From positions 10,456 through 74,455 of the forward strand of contig CAYSDH010000001.1 in assembly GCA_964429805.1 (NCBI GenBank): a stretch of DNA of 64,000 nt, read 5' to 3'. Below, one piece after another: positions 35,707-45,195 of the stretch. The stretch is from an uncultured Flavobacteriales bacterium (GTDB taxonomy: Bacteria > Bacteroidota > Bacteroidia > Flavobacteriales_D > JABDKJ01). The notes below the pieces were generated by a model. That model had not been told where the DNA came from. It made no database searches and saw nothing but the letters and a program-made list of their open reading frames with translations. Each line of letters begins with the position of its first letter. Position 1 is the first letter of the stretch. The translations under genes and the position numbers were made by a program.

Positions 35707-37930
35707 AGGACTCTTTGCCATACTTCTGGTGACATTGTGCTCATCTAATTTGGCGCTTGGTCAAGGCTATGACCCACTTCAAATATACGGTCATGTGCAT
35801 GTCATTATTGATGGCGAAGCAAAGGCACTGCCCGGAGCCAGCGTGTTTTGGGCAGGCACCAACACTGGCACGACCACCGATACTAATGGCCGTTTTGATA
35901 CCTACACGGTGCGAAGTACAGACTTACTCGTAGTGAGTTTTACGGGATACCTGACAGACACCGTCAAGTATAATGGTCAAGAACTGGACATCACTTTGCG
36001 CAGCGGAGTTGACTTAGAGACAGTAGACATAGTAAGTCGCGAGACAGGCACATCTCACTCAGTGATGGATGCACTTAACATCCAGACGATCACACAGACT
36101 GAGTTACGAAAAGCGGCCTGCTGCAACCTCAGTGAGAGTTTTGAGACCAATGCGAGTATAGACGCTTCATTTACCGATGCAGTGACGGGAACCCGACAGA
36201 TAAAGATGCTCGGCTTGAGTGGACGATATTCTCAAATACTCAAAGACAACATACCCAATGTGCGCGGACTTGCAACTACATATGGCTTGTCTTACATACC
36301 AGGAGATTGGATAGACAACATTCATATATCTAAAGGCGCAGGAAGTGTTACCAGCGGTTTTGAAAGTATCACAGGAGAGATAAACGTGGCCATTAAAGAT
36401 GCGGACACCGAGGAGAAAACAAATCTCAATATATATGGCAATCAGGGAGGAAGAATGGAGTTGAATGCCAACTCAAAGTGGAAGGTTTCAGAGGCATGGA
36501 GAACCATTCTGCTGGCACATGCTGAAATAAACGATACACGAATGGACCGCAATAATGATGGGTTTATGGACAACCCGCTGAAGCGCGATTTTGTTATCAG
36601 AAATCAATGGAAGTTTCAAGCGCCAAAGCACTGGGAAGGGCAGTACGCAATCAATTTTCTCAAGCAGCATCACCAATCAGGACAACTCGATTTTGAGCCA
36701 GAGAATATTACCCAGTTATGGGGTATGCACCTTGATAGTGACCGCTTAGAGCTATCTGGCAAAACAGGTTATGTGTTTGACGATGCGTGGGTCTCAAGCA
36801 TAGGTAGTCAATTCTCATTTGACCACTATGACATGCAGCTCAATGCTGGAAATAAACGCTACAGTGGAGAGCAAAACACCTTTCGTGCAAACCTCTTGTA
36901 CAACACAAAATTAGGCTGCGCGAAAAAAGGACTGACCGTTGGATTAACTGCGCTTCAAGACAACTTTACCAGTGCGCTTGACTCATTAGACCTTAGCAGA
37001 AGTGAAACCGTACTTGGCGTATATGGCGAATTTACCTGGAAGCCATCTCCCGCTTTTTCTGCCATAGTGGGCATGCGTGGAGACCAGCATAATTTGTTTG
37101 GATTTATGTACAGTCCTCGCCTACACATGCGCTACTTACTCAGCGAAGACCTTTCTGCCAAAGCAGCCATTGGCCGTGGATACAGAACAGTGAATCCCGT
37201 CATGGACAACCTCGGACTGCTGGCCAGTAACCGCGCTTGGAATGTTGAAACTCCTATCTATCAAGAGTCAGGATGGAATGCCGGACTAAATCTGACTTAT
37301 GCCTTCAGACTGGACTACAGAGAAGCCAGCTTAGCTATTGATGCATACCGCACTCAGTTTGACAACATGGCTGTGGTCGACTTTGAAACGCCTGGTGCAG
37401 TGCACATTTATGCTCTCAGTGGACAGAGCTATTCGAACACGGCCCAAGCCGAGTTTAGTTGGGAAATGATGAGGCGCACAGACATCAGACTGGCATATAG
37501 GTACACAGATGCGCAGACTGACTATGAAAGTGGTCAACTCGTCAACCCTTTTAATCCGAATCATAGAGGGTTTTTGAATTTGTCTTATGAGACTAAAAAG
37601 AATGACAAGGATGCCCAATGGAAATGTGATGCGACTGTTCAGTTTATAGGAGACCAACGCATGCCTGATCGATTTGCAGACGAGAGCGGAAGTGTGACTG
37701 TCAGCAGAAATAACTCTCCTCGATTTGTTCAAGTGCACGGACAGCTTACTCGAATATTTAAGAAAGGACTTCAGTGTTATATAGGAATTGAAAACGCCTC
37801 AGACTATCGTTTGCAAGAACCGATACTTGGCGCTTCGCAGCCCTTTAGCCAAACCTTTGATGCCTCGCAGGTATATGGGCCTGTCTTTGGACGAATGACG
37901 TATTTAGGTCTACGATGGACTCTCTATTAA
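35690..37930 (+). CDS. TonB-dependent receptor with N-terminal carboxypeptidase-regulatory-like domain
   Basis: ATG 35690 gives the signal peptide MSTIIKGLFAILLVTLCSSNLALGQ and overlaps the HMA gene by 17 nt. CarbopepD_reg-like GHVHVIIDGEAKALPGASVFWAGTNTGTTTDTNGRF, plug region, long beta-barrel, C-terminal YLGLRWTLY. Confidence 0.88.
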   Translation: MSTIIKGLFAILLVTLCSSNLALGQGYDPLQIYGHVHVIIDGEAKALPGASVFWAGTNTGTTTDTNGRFDTYTVRSTDLLVVSFTGYLTDTVKYNGQELDITLRSGVDLETVDIVSRETGTSHSVMDALNIQTITQTELRKAACCNLSESFETNASIDASFTDAVTGTRQIKMLGLSGRYSQILKDNIPNVRGLATTYGLSYIPGDWIDNIHISKGAGSVTSGFESITGEINVAIKDADTEEKTNLNIYGNQGGRMELNANSKWKVSEAWRTILLAHAEINDTRMDRNNDGFMDNPLKRDFVIRNQWKFQAPKHWEGQYAINFLKQHHQSGQLDFEPENITQLWGMHLDSDRLELSGKTGYVFDDAWVSSIGSQFSFDHYDMQLNAGNKRYSGEQNTFRANLLYNTKLGCAKKGLTVGLTALQDNFTSALDSLDLSRSETVLGVYGEFTWKPSPAFSAIVGMRGDQHNLFGFMYSPRLHMRYLLSEDLSAKAAIGRGYRTVNPVMDNLGLLASNRAWNVETPIYQESGWNAGLNLTYAFRLDYREASLAIDAYRTQFDNMAVVDFETPGAVHIYALSGQSYSNTAQAEFSWEMMRRTDIRLAYRYTDAQTDYESGQLVNPFNPNHRGFLNLSYETKKNDKDAQWKCDATVQFIGDQRMPDRFADESGSVTVSRNNSPRFVQVHGQLTRIFKKGLQCYIGIENASDYRLQEPILGASQPFSQTFDASQVYGPVFGRMTYLGLRWTLY

Positions 37931-40831
37931 TCAACGAATCATCGTCACTACACCTTCAACTAACTGAATGGCTACTGAACTGTTAGGCTTCACAGTGAGT
38001 TTGTAGTGAAATGACTCTGACTGAGAGTAATGCTGACCATTCCGAATACTTCCTGTCCAGGGCTCGGTATGGTCGGTAGATTCAAAGACTATGTTGCCCC
38101 ATCTATCAAAAATCTCTAGGCGATATGAATCTGCCTCAAAGCCAACACAGACGGGTAAAAAAGTATCATTGAGCCCATCACGATCTGGCGTAAAAGCCGA
38201 AGGGACAAAGGCCGTAAACTCTTGAGTCAGAGCGATGATACCTGTGGCATAACCCGAACAGCCCATCGAGTCAGTGACTATCAAGTTAACCTCATACACA
38301 CCAGGATCAGCCGAGTTGAAGGTGTATATCACACTGTCACCAAGCAACACATCTTGTGCGCCCCATGGGCCGACTAACCACTGAGATTCTACACCCGTAT
38401 CGCCTACACTGTGCAGCGAGAAAGTAGGGCTGTATACCGAGGCTGTAGGTGGGTCTATGTCTAACTCAGCCTCTACTGGTGAGACAATGTCGAGGTTGAC
38501 AAAGGTTGAGCTTATGCAGTTGTTTCCTCCATCTACCCAGACCTCGTAGGTTCCAGCGCACAGTCCTGAAACGTAATTGTCAACGAGGGTAGTTAGACCT
38601 CCATCAATACTGTACGATAAGACGTTTCCAGCTTCGATTAATATACTTCCTTGACAGCCTTGCCCACATGTTTGCGGCACCACAAAAACATTTGATATGT
38701 CTGGATGTGGAGGTTGAGTAATGTTAAAATCCATCAGGTCTGAGCAGCCATCTGCGTCAGTGACGGTGAGTGTGTATGCGCCCGGTCCAAAACCTGACCA
38801 CGATGCGGCATCAGGAGATCCTGCAGCACCCCAGTTATAGCTGAGCGGAGCGAGGCCACCGTTGGCAGTCACCATGGCCGAGCCATTACTCAAATCACAG
38901 TCAGACTGGGTGACATCTATGGAGACAATTTCTGGTGCGTTACTAGTATTGATAAAGGCATCGGCACTTGTCAGACAGCCTGCAGCATCAGAGACGTTAG
39001 CAGTAATCGCTCCGCCAGCTAGTCCAGTGGCCGTCATACCTGTCTGAAAAGCGGGGTCAGTCCATGCGACCGTATACGGAAGTGCACCACCAGAAATATT
39101 TACAGTCGCTGAGCCATTGTCTACTCCACATTCTGTATCAATCACATCAATAGCCTGTATGACCGGAGCCGTTGTGGCGTTTAGCGTCACTTGATCTGTA
39201 TCTAGGCAACCATTTGCATCGGTGACGGTGAGTGTGAACGTACCTGCACCTAGTCCTAAGGCTGTTAATTGAGACTGGTTCGCAGGGTCATCCCATAGGT
39301 AAGTGTAGGGCAACGTTCCATTTGAAACAGTCGCTGTAGCCTCGCCATTAAAGAGCCCGCATGAAGCGTCTATTCCGACTATGGCATCAATTTGCGGGCC
39401 TGCGCTTTCGGCCACATTAATGGTTTCTGATACCACACAGCCATTGGCGTCTGTGACGGTAACGGTATAGTCACCAGGCGAGAGCGAAGAAGCCATGGGA
39501 GTGGTTTGGTTCATCGGGTCGTCCCAGAGATAGCTGAGCGGATTTGCACCACCAGTCATGGTCACCGAGGCCGCTCCATTGTTCTGGCCACAGTCTGTGG
39601 CAAATGATTCGATGGTCTGAAATTCTGGTCCGTTTTCTCCAGGCACCGTGTAAGTCTGAGAAAACGAACAGCCCGCATCATCAGAGATAGTCAGCAGGTA
39701 ATCACCTGATGCCAAACCGCTAAATACAGGAGAAGCCTGCACCTGACCGTCAAGGTCATAACTAAACGGTGCAGCACCGTTTTGAATAATTGCTACCTCA
39801 ATCTCTCCATCACTCGAGCCACAGGGAGAAGGACTCACATTGACAGTTGGGTCCAAGGTCAAAAAGTCAAACTGGTAGGCAAAATTTGCAGGAGATACTT
39901 CGTTGCCACAAAGATCGTAGACCACTCCGGGCGAGGGCACTAGATTGATGGTAAATCCAAAGTCGATGGGTGGCACCACAGCCGGGTCAAAAAACAAGGT
40001 GACTCCGTTGACATAATCTTCATTTCCTGTGCAATCAGAGGTATAACCCGTGGCGGTGTAATTGGTGCCAAAAGAGTCTTGCATTTGCCACTCTACATCA
40101 TCAAGTGATTCGCAGGCCACCACTTCGTTAAAGGTTATCTCGACCACTCCATCACAGTCCAGCGAAGCAGAGGTAATCACTGGACCCACATTGTCAAATA
40201 TACCGGCCGTAGTATTGCTAAAATCGAGCGTGTAGCCTGTAGGTGTACCGCTCCAATCCATGACTAGAAGGGCAAATACTTCTCCAGCAGTGACTGGCAG
40301 GTCTGCGTTAAAAGATGGGCCGTTAGTGTTGCCCGGACCATTGCTATTTCCTGTGCCTCCGTTAGCAGAACTGATACCTGTCGGACCGTTACTGCCAAAG
40401 TCACCGTAACTGTTGCAACTCACTTCGAGCGATGGGTCAGAAAAAATATCACCACAGTTGGCGTTAGTTAGATTATAAAGCGCCCAGTCATAATCATCTG
40501 CAAAAGCATCAGGCGTGAGAATAAAACCAAACAGGCCATCACTCTGAATGGTGAAGGTGTACCAGACACTATTTGTCTCGTCCGTGTTGCAGCCGACTCC
40601 AAAGGCCAGCTCATTTGGGTAGTTGCCTTCTCCGCTATATGCATTATTCTGCTCATACACGTTTTGACATACAGGTATGGCTCCAAGACAGTCTTGATCT
40701 GTAGGCACTTGGGCTAGAGCGCTCAAGCTGCACATGGCAAGAATTAATATGGTGATTACACTCTTCAACGGAAGGAAAGGTCTTTTTTCAATGGATATCA
40801 AAGATAAGTCATTAGCTGCTGTTGTATGCAA
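37931..40831 (-). CDS. SprB-repeat cell-surface protein with gliding-motility-associated (T9SS type B) C-terminal domain
   Basis: Six to seven repeats of about 75-80 aa (C..NG.A.V...GG..P.SY.W ... G.YT.TVTDA.GC). C-terminus FTPDRDGLNDTF...IFDRWGNIVFES. The ORF-track start is TTG 40831; the in-frame TTG at 40768 gives the signal peptide (M)KSVITILILAMCSLSALAQ. Confidence 0.88.
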   Translation of the reverse strand: MHTTAANDLSLISIEKRPFLPLKSVITILILAMCSLSALAQVPTDQDCLGAIPVCQNVYEQNNAYSGEGNYPNELAFGVGCNTDETNSVWYTFTIQSDGLFGFILTPDAFADDYDWALYNLTNANCGDIFSDPSLEVSCNSYGDFGSNGPTGISSANGGTGNSNGPGNTNGPSFNADLPVTAGEVFALLVMDWSGTPTGYTLDFSNTTAGIFDNVGPVITSASLDCDGVVEITFNEVVACESLDDVEWQMQDSFGTNYTATGYTSDCTGNEDYVNGVTLFFDPAVVPPIDFGFTINLVPSPGVVYDLCGNEVSPANFAYQFDFLTLDPTVNVSPSPCGSSDGEIEVAIIQNGAAPFSYDLDGQVQASPVFSGLASGDYLLTISDDAGCSFSQTYTVPGENGPEFQTIESFATDCGQNNGAASVTMTGGANPLSYLWDDPMNQTTPMASSLSPGDYTVTVTDANGCVVSETINVAESAGPQIDAIVGIDASCGLFNGEATATVSNGTLPYTYLWDDPANQSQLTALGLGAGTFTLTVTDANGCLDTDQVTLNATTAPVIQAIDVIDTECGVDNGSATVNISGGALPYTVAWTDPAFQTGMTATGLAGGAITANVSDAAGCLTSADAFINTSNAPEIVSIDVTQSDCDLSNGSAMVTANGGLAPLSYNWGAAGSPDAASWSGFGPGAYTLTVTDADGCSDLMDFNITQPPHPDISNVFVVPQTCGQGCQGSILIEAGNVLSYSIDGGLTTLVDNYVSGLCAGTYEVWVDGGNNCISSTFVNLDIVSPVEAELDIDPPTASVYSPTFSLHSVGDTGVESQWLVGPWGAQDVLLGDSVIYTFNSADPGVYEVNLIVTDSMGCSGYATGIIALTQEFTAFVPSAFTPDRDGLNDTFLPVCVGFEADSYRLEIFDRWGNIVFESTDHTEPWTGSIRNGQHYSQSESFHYKLTVKPNSSVAIQLVEGVVTMIR

Positions 40832-40962
40832 AGAAAGTGCCGACTCTGGTAAGGCTGTCTGTACTGTAAATCAGTGCAAAAACCTGTAGGTCTGAACACA
40901 TAACTGCCAAGCATAATTGATAGGCAAAGAGCTAATCTCTAATTATTAATAGCTTTGAATCA

Positions 40963-41220
40963 ATGGCAAAGCTTGTACTTGATCTTCACGAGATATATAA
41001 CAAAGGCTGGAAAATAGATGCCGAGCTCAATCGGATTATTGATGAAGCCGTGGAGAAGAGAATACCAATTATCGAGATTATTCCTGGCAAGGGATCGGGA
41101 CAATTGAAGAAAAAAGTGATTCGCTTTTTACAGCAAAAACACATTAAAGCAAAGTACCACCGCATAGACAAAGACTCTAAGAATTTCGGTCGTCTCTTTG
41201 TAAGATTCAAGCATAAATAA
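40963..41220 (+). CDS. Smr-domain-like small protein
   Basis: 85 aa. LDLHE (Smr LDLHG-like) and IIPGKGSGQLKK (hGkG motif). Its stop overlaps the next start (TAATG). Confidence 0.6.
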   Translation: MAKLVLDLHEIYNKGWKIDAELNRIIDEAVEKRIPIIEIIPGKGSGQLKKKVIRFLQQKHIKAKYHRIDKDSKNFGRLFVRFKHK

Positions 41221-42362
41221 TGGCGCTCAGATCTAAGTTGCCACATATTGGAACCACCATTTTTACGGTAATGTCTGCGCTTGCTAATGAGCACAAAGCC
41301 ATTAATCTCTCGCAGGGTTTTCCCAACTATGACTGTGATGTGCGTATTAAAAATCTGGTCTCTCATCACATGCAGATAGGAAACAATCAGTACGCGCCCA
41401 TGGCTGGTCTTATTGAATTGCGCGAGGCGCTCAGCATGAAGACGAAAAAGCTGTACGGCAAAGAATACGACCCTGACACTGAGATAACCATTACTGCGGG
41501 TGCTACGCAAGCGATATTTACTGCTATCACAGCATTCATTCATACCAATGATGAGGTCATCATCTTTACGCCATCGTATGACTGCTATGAGCCGGCCATC
41601 ACCTTAGCAGGAGGGCAAACACGCTATGTCCCTCTGGACCCTGACGACTTCTCATTAAATCTTGAGACACTGAAGAAGGTCATGTCTGAAAGGACAAGAA
41701 TGATCATTCTTAACTCACCGCACAATCCTAGTGGCACCATGATCAGTGCCGAGACCATGACTGAGTTAGAGAGGCTCCTTGACGGTAAAGATATTATCGT
41801 GCTGAGTGATGAGGTGTATGAGCACATCATATTTGATGGGCAGGTACATCAGAGTGTGAGTCGGTATCCAGGGCTGAGTGAGCGAAGCATTGTTGTCTCC
41901 TCGTTTGGCAAGACATATCACAACACAGGCTGGAAGGTAGGGCACTGTGCCGCGCCACGCGAGCTGATGGATGAGTTTAGAAAGGTGCATCAGTTTAATG
42001 TCTTTTGCGTGAACAGACCAGTGCAGCATGCGTTTCACGAAATCTTAGGCATGGAAGAGTTGTTTCTCGAACTCGGTGAGTTTTATCAGGCCAAGCGTGA
42101 CTTGTTTTTTGAAGCTGTTTCGAGCTCACGTTTTACTGCCGCTCCATGTGAAGGCACGTATTTCCAGTTGTTAGATTATCGGGCCATCTCTGAGGAGACT
42201 GATGTTGACTTGGCTCATCGTTTGACTATTGAAAAAGGCATCGCTTCGATACCGATTTCTGTGTTTAACTATCCAGAAAATGACAAGCGATACCTCAGGT
42301 TCTGTTTTGCTAAAAATGAAGACACGCTGCTGCGAGCTGCTGAAAAAATCTGCGCCATATGA
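41220..42362 (+). CDS. Class I/II PLP aminotransferase, YbdL/methionine-glutamine transaminase-like
   Basis: N-terminus KLPHIGTTIFTVMSALA..AINLSQGFPNYD, NSPHNPSG, PLP lysine in SSFGKTYHNTGWKVG, 380 aa. Confidence 0.85.
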   Translation: MALRSKLPHIGTTIFTVMSALANEHKAINLSQGFPNYDCDVRIKNLVSHHMQIGNNQYAPMAGLIELREALSMKTKKLYGKEYDPDTEITITAGATQAIFTAITAFIHTNDEVIIFTPSYDCYEPAITLAGGQTRYVPLDPDDFSLNLETLKKVMSERTRMIILNSPHNPSGTMISAETMTELERLLDGKDIIVLSDEVYEHIIFDGQVHQSVSRYPGLSERSIVVSSFGKTYHNTGWKVGHCAAPRELMDEFRKVHQFNVFCVNRPVQHAFHEILGMEELFLELGEFYQAKRDLFFEAVSSSRFTAAPCEGTYFQLLDYRAISEETDVDLAHRLTIEKGIASIPISVFNYPENDKRYLRFCFAKNEDTLLRAAEKICAI

Positions 42363-43153
42363 ACAACATTAAACTAGCGGCTCTCCAATATGACATTGCG
42401 TGGCAAAATCCTGCCACAAATAGAGCTCACCTTGACACACTGTTGGAGGAGATAGACCCGACAATAGATTTAATTCTGTTGCCTGAAATGTTTAATACAG
42501 GCTTCTCTACCGCTTCTGACAACTTTGCCGAGTCGATGGATGGAGAGACGATGAACTGGATAAGCAACTGGGCCAAAAAACTGAATGCGGTAATGAGCGG
42601 CTCTCTCATGATTGCTGACCAAGACAAGCGTGTAAACAGAATGGTGTGGGTGAAGCCAGACGCCTCGGTTGAGTATTATGACAAGCGTCATTTGTTTAGA
42701 ATGGCGGGAGAGCACGAACACTTTGATGCAGGTGCAGCGCAGAAAATAGTACACTTAAAAGGCATGAGATTCTGCTTGCAAGTATGCTATGACCTTCGTT
42801 TTCCAGTGTGGAGCAGAAACAGGTTTACTCAAGGCGAATATGATTATGACTGCATTATCTACATCGCAAATTGGCCCTCTCCGCGCGCCAATGCGTGGCG
42901 TGACCTTTTGCGTGCGCGGGCCATTGAGAATCTATCTTATTGCATCGGTCTTAACCGTGTGGGCACTGATAATAATGGGATGACCTATTTAGGAGACTCC
43001 TGTGTGCTGGACTATAAAGGACTGGACTTAGCTCGCGCAGATGATGGCCCTGCTGTGATTTACGCTGAGCTTTCTGCTGACGGACTGAAGCAGTTCAGAG
43101 AGGCATTTCCAGTGGGCATGGATGCAGATGACTTTACACTCAAATCAATCTAA
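42359..43153 (+). CDS. Carbon-nitrogen hydrolase family amidohydrolase (omega-amidase YafV-like)
   Basis: Nitrilase-superfamily catalytic Glu (LLPEMFNTGF), Lys (YDKRHLF), Cys (LQVCYDLRFP). ATGA overlap with the aminotransferase gene. Confidence 0.85.
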   Translation: MNNIKLAALQYDIAWQNPATNRAHLDTLLEEIDPTIDLILLPEMFNTGFSTASDNFAESMDGETMNWISNWAKKLNAVMSGSLMIADQDKRVNRMVWVKPDASVEYYDKRHLFRMAGEHEHFDAGAAQKIVHLKGMRFCLQVCYDLRFPVWSRNRFTQGEYDYDCIIYIANWPSPRANAWRDLLRARAIENLSYCIGLNRVGTDNNGMTYLGDSCVLDYKGLDLARADDGPAVIYAELSADGLKQFREAFPVGMDADDFTLKSI

Positions 43154-44734
43154 GATCACTTCGATCTCCCAGTTTCCTTTGAGTTGAATGTTCTCGCCAT
43201 ATTTTACCACTCGTTCTGGCTGAGTGCCATTTAAATAATCACCTGTATCCCACTTTCCGTTTTCGTTTTCATCATACAAGATGTACAATGAATAAGAGGC
43301 AGGCTTTATGTTTGAGAAGGTATATACACCGGTATCGGTGACTGTTTTTTGGTGCACAGGCAACTGTCCCTTTTTGTCTGGCGAGCGAAGAGTTAAGACG
43401 CAGTTAGCGTAAGAAGAGTCGATGATTGAAACGATAACTGTGCCCAGCGACTCGAGTGCAGGACATTTGAAATCAAAGGAGGTGGAGTCATTAGTCGGCC
43501 CGACTAGAGGCTCAAATGCTCCCGGAAGTATACTCATTGTGTAGACCCCGTTTTCTTCCCAAGCCGCACTTAACGCTAGTTCTTTTGGTCCGCTTTGCTC
43601 GATAGAGAACTCGACTTCTAGGCTGTCTTTAATCAACTCCATGAGACCGACATCCATGCTCTTAACTGGTCGGTCGAGTTTGATGGGTAAAGTCGCTTCA
43701 TTATGCGGCAGCACAGTCTCTCTGATGCTCAACGGCCCGATGTCGGTTTTTCTTTTTTCTGTACGCACATTGATGGTATCTATGACCATTTCACTATCTA
43801 ACAATTCTAGGGCGATGGCTTTGTCATCTACATGCGGTGAAAACCAAAACTCTACAGAGTCTTTTCTGTCAAAATCTATAGTCTCTGCCGGTAAAGGAGA
43901 GTCTGCCAAAGCCTTCAGATTTAGGTCTTTCACGTCTTTAGAAAATGACACCACAATGGATTGCTTAAACGCACCCACATCAATGTTTTTGACGAATAAT
44001 TCTTCTTCGATTTCTCTGAACATTCGCAATTCGTGCAGCACGCTATCCCCTTCAGATACCTCAATCGGTTGATTTAAAAAAGCCAGCTGCTCGCCCCTGT
44101 CGTATTTGAGATCCGCATCCATGTCCATGAGGCCAACCAGATTATACGTGCCACCGCTCAAGTATGGGATTCGAAATCCGCCTGTCTCATTAGACTTAGA
44201 GATATAATATGGTTTTGACTTAAAGAAGGCCGAGTCAATAAGGTTCTTGTATAGCATGACTAGACAGCTGGCACAGGCCTCGTCATTCTCTGCCAAAAAC
44301 AAAGTGCCCGCTACTGAAAGGCTGTCAATAAAATCTCCTGTGCTAAACAGAAATAGGTTCTCACTCAGTATGTTGCCTTCATTATAATCAGAGATAGCCT
44401 CTCCGAAATTCATGGTATACGTAGTGTTGGCCTGCAGCGTATCGTTGAAGGTGATAATCACTTTGTTACCACCTTTGAGCTCAAAGTCTGGCGCTTTATC
44501 TAAAGGTGGCGAGATAATGACTTGGTCTCGCACATTGGCCAATTGGACGTATTCATCAAACTCAAGAACGATTTTGTCTCCTGCAAAGTTGGTGCTCAAT
44601 AATTGAGGTGCAGAATAAGTTAGTTGGGGTGAGGTTTCATCTTTGTCACCACCAGTCGGTGTTTTCATCTGGGCACAGGCCTGTATGATGAGCAAAAACA
44701 GGAGTGTCAGCAAGTAGCCGCAAAATCTTTTCAT
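43145..44734 (-). CDS. Lipoprotein with N-terminal Ig-like (SbsA/Big_5-like) domain
   Basis: Lipobox LLIIQACAQ, then SPQLTYSAPQLLSTNFAGDKIVLEFDEYVQL, typical of Ig-like-domain lipoproteins. 529 aa. 4-nt overlap with the upstream GAF gene. Confidence 0.6.
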   Translation of the reverse strand: MKRFCGYLLTLLFLLIIQACAQMKTPTGGDKDETSPQLTYSAPQLLSTNFAGDKIVLEFDEYVQLANVRDQVIISPPLDKAPDFELKGGNKVIITFNDTLQANTTYTMNFGEAISDYNEGNILSENLFLFSTGDFIDSLSVAGTLFLAENDEACASCLVMLYKNLIDSAFFKSKPYYISKSNETGGFRIPYLSGGTYNLVGLMDMDADLKYDRGEQLAFLNQPIEVSEGDSVLHELRMFREIEEELFVKNIDVGAFKQSIVVSFSKDVKDLNLKALADSPLPAETIDFDRKDSVEFWFSPHVDDKAIALELLDSEMVIDTINVRTEKRKTDIGPLSIRETVLPHNEATLPIKLDRPVKSMDVGLMELIKDSLEVEFSIEQSGPKELALSAAWEENGVYTMSILPGAFEPLVGPTNDSTSFDFKCPALESLGTVIVSIIDSSYANCVLTLRSPDKKGQLPVHQKTVTDTGVYTFSNIKPASYSLYILYDENENGKWDTGDYLNGTQPERVVKYGENIQLKGNWEIEVILD

Positions 44735-45195
44735 GCTGCGTAAAGGTGGTCTTGAAGTAAGTGCATCAACTTTTCTAATCCAGCTTTGTCATCCTCACTA
44801 AAGTCATCTAACTGATTAGAATCTACATCTAAGACCATTGTCACCTCTTCTCCATTTCTAATGGGTATTACTATTTCAGACTGACTGTGCGCACTACAAG
44901 CTATGTGCCCGGGAAACTCATGCACATCAGGCACCAGCAGTGTTTTGTTCTCTTGCCAAGAGCTACCACAGACACCTTTTCCTTTTTGAATGCGGGTGCA
45001 GGCCACAGGGCCTTGAAAGGGGCCAAGCACGAGTTCGTTATTCTTAACCAGATAGAAACCCACCCAAAAGAACTTGAGCTCTTGACTTATAAGCGCAGCG
45101 GTGTTTGCCAGGCTGGCCACAAGATCATCTTCTCCCTCAAGCAGACCTTTTAATTGGGCATGCAAGCCTTGATATATCTCAGTACGATTCGTCAT
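44731..45195 (-). CDS. GAF-domain protein, free methionine-(R)-sulfoxide reductase-like
   Basis: 154 aa with WVGFYL and GPVACTRIQKGKGVCG motifs characteristic of the YebR/fRMsr GAF family. Confidence 0.8.
   Translation of the reverse strand: MTNRTEIYQGLHAQLKGLLEGEDDLVASLANTAALISQELKFFWVGFYLVKNNELVLGPFQGPVACTRIQKGKGVCGSSWQENKTLLVPDVHEFPGHIACSAHSQSEIVIPIRNGEEVTMVLDVDSNQLDDFSEDDKAGLEKLMHLLQDHLYAA

Noticed and set aside
40986-41543. 185-aa ORF antisense to the Smr-like and aminotransferase genes
   Set aside because: It overlaps two well-supported sense genes entirely, has a low-complexity composition rich in Arg, Ser and Phe, and has no recognisable motif.
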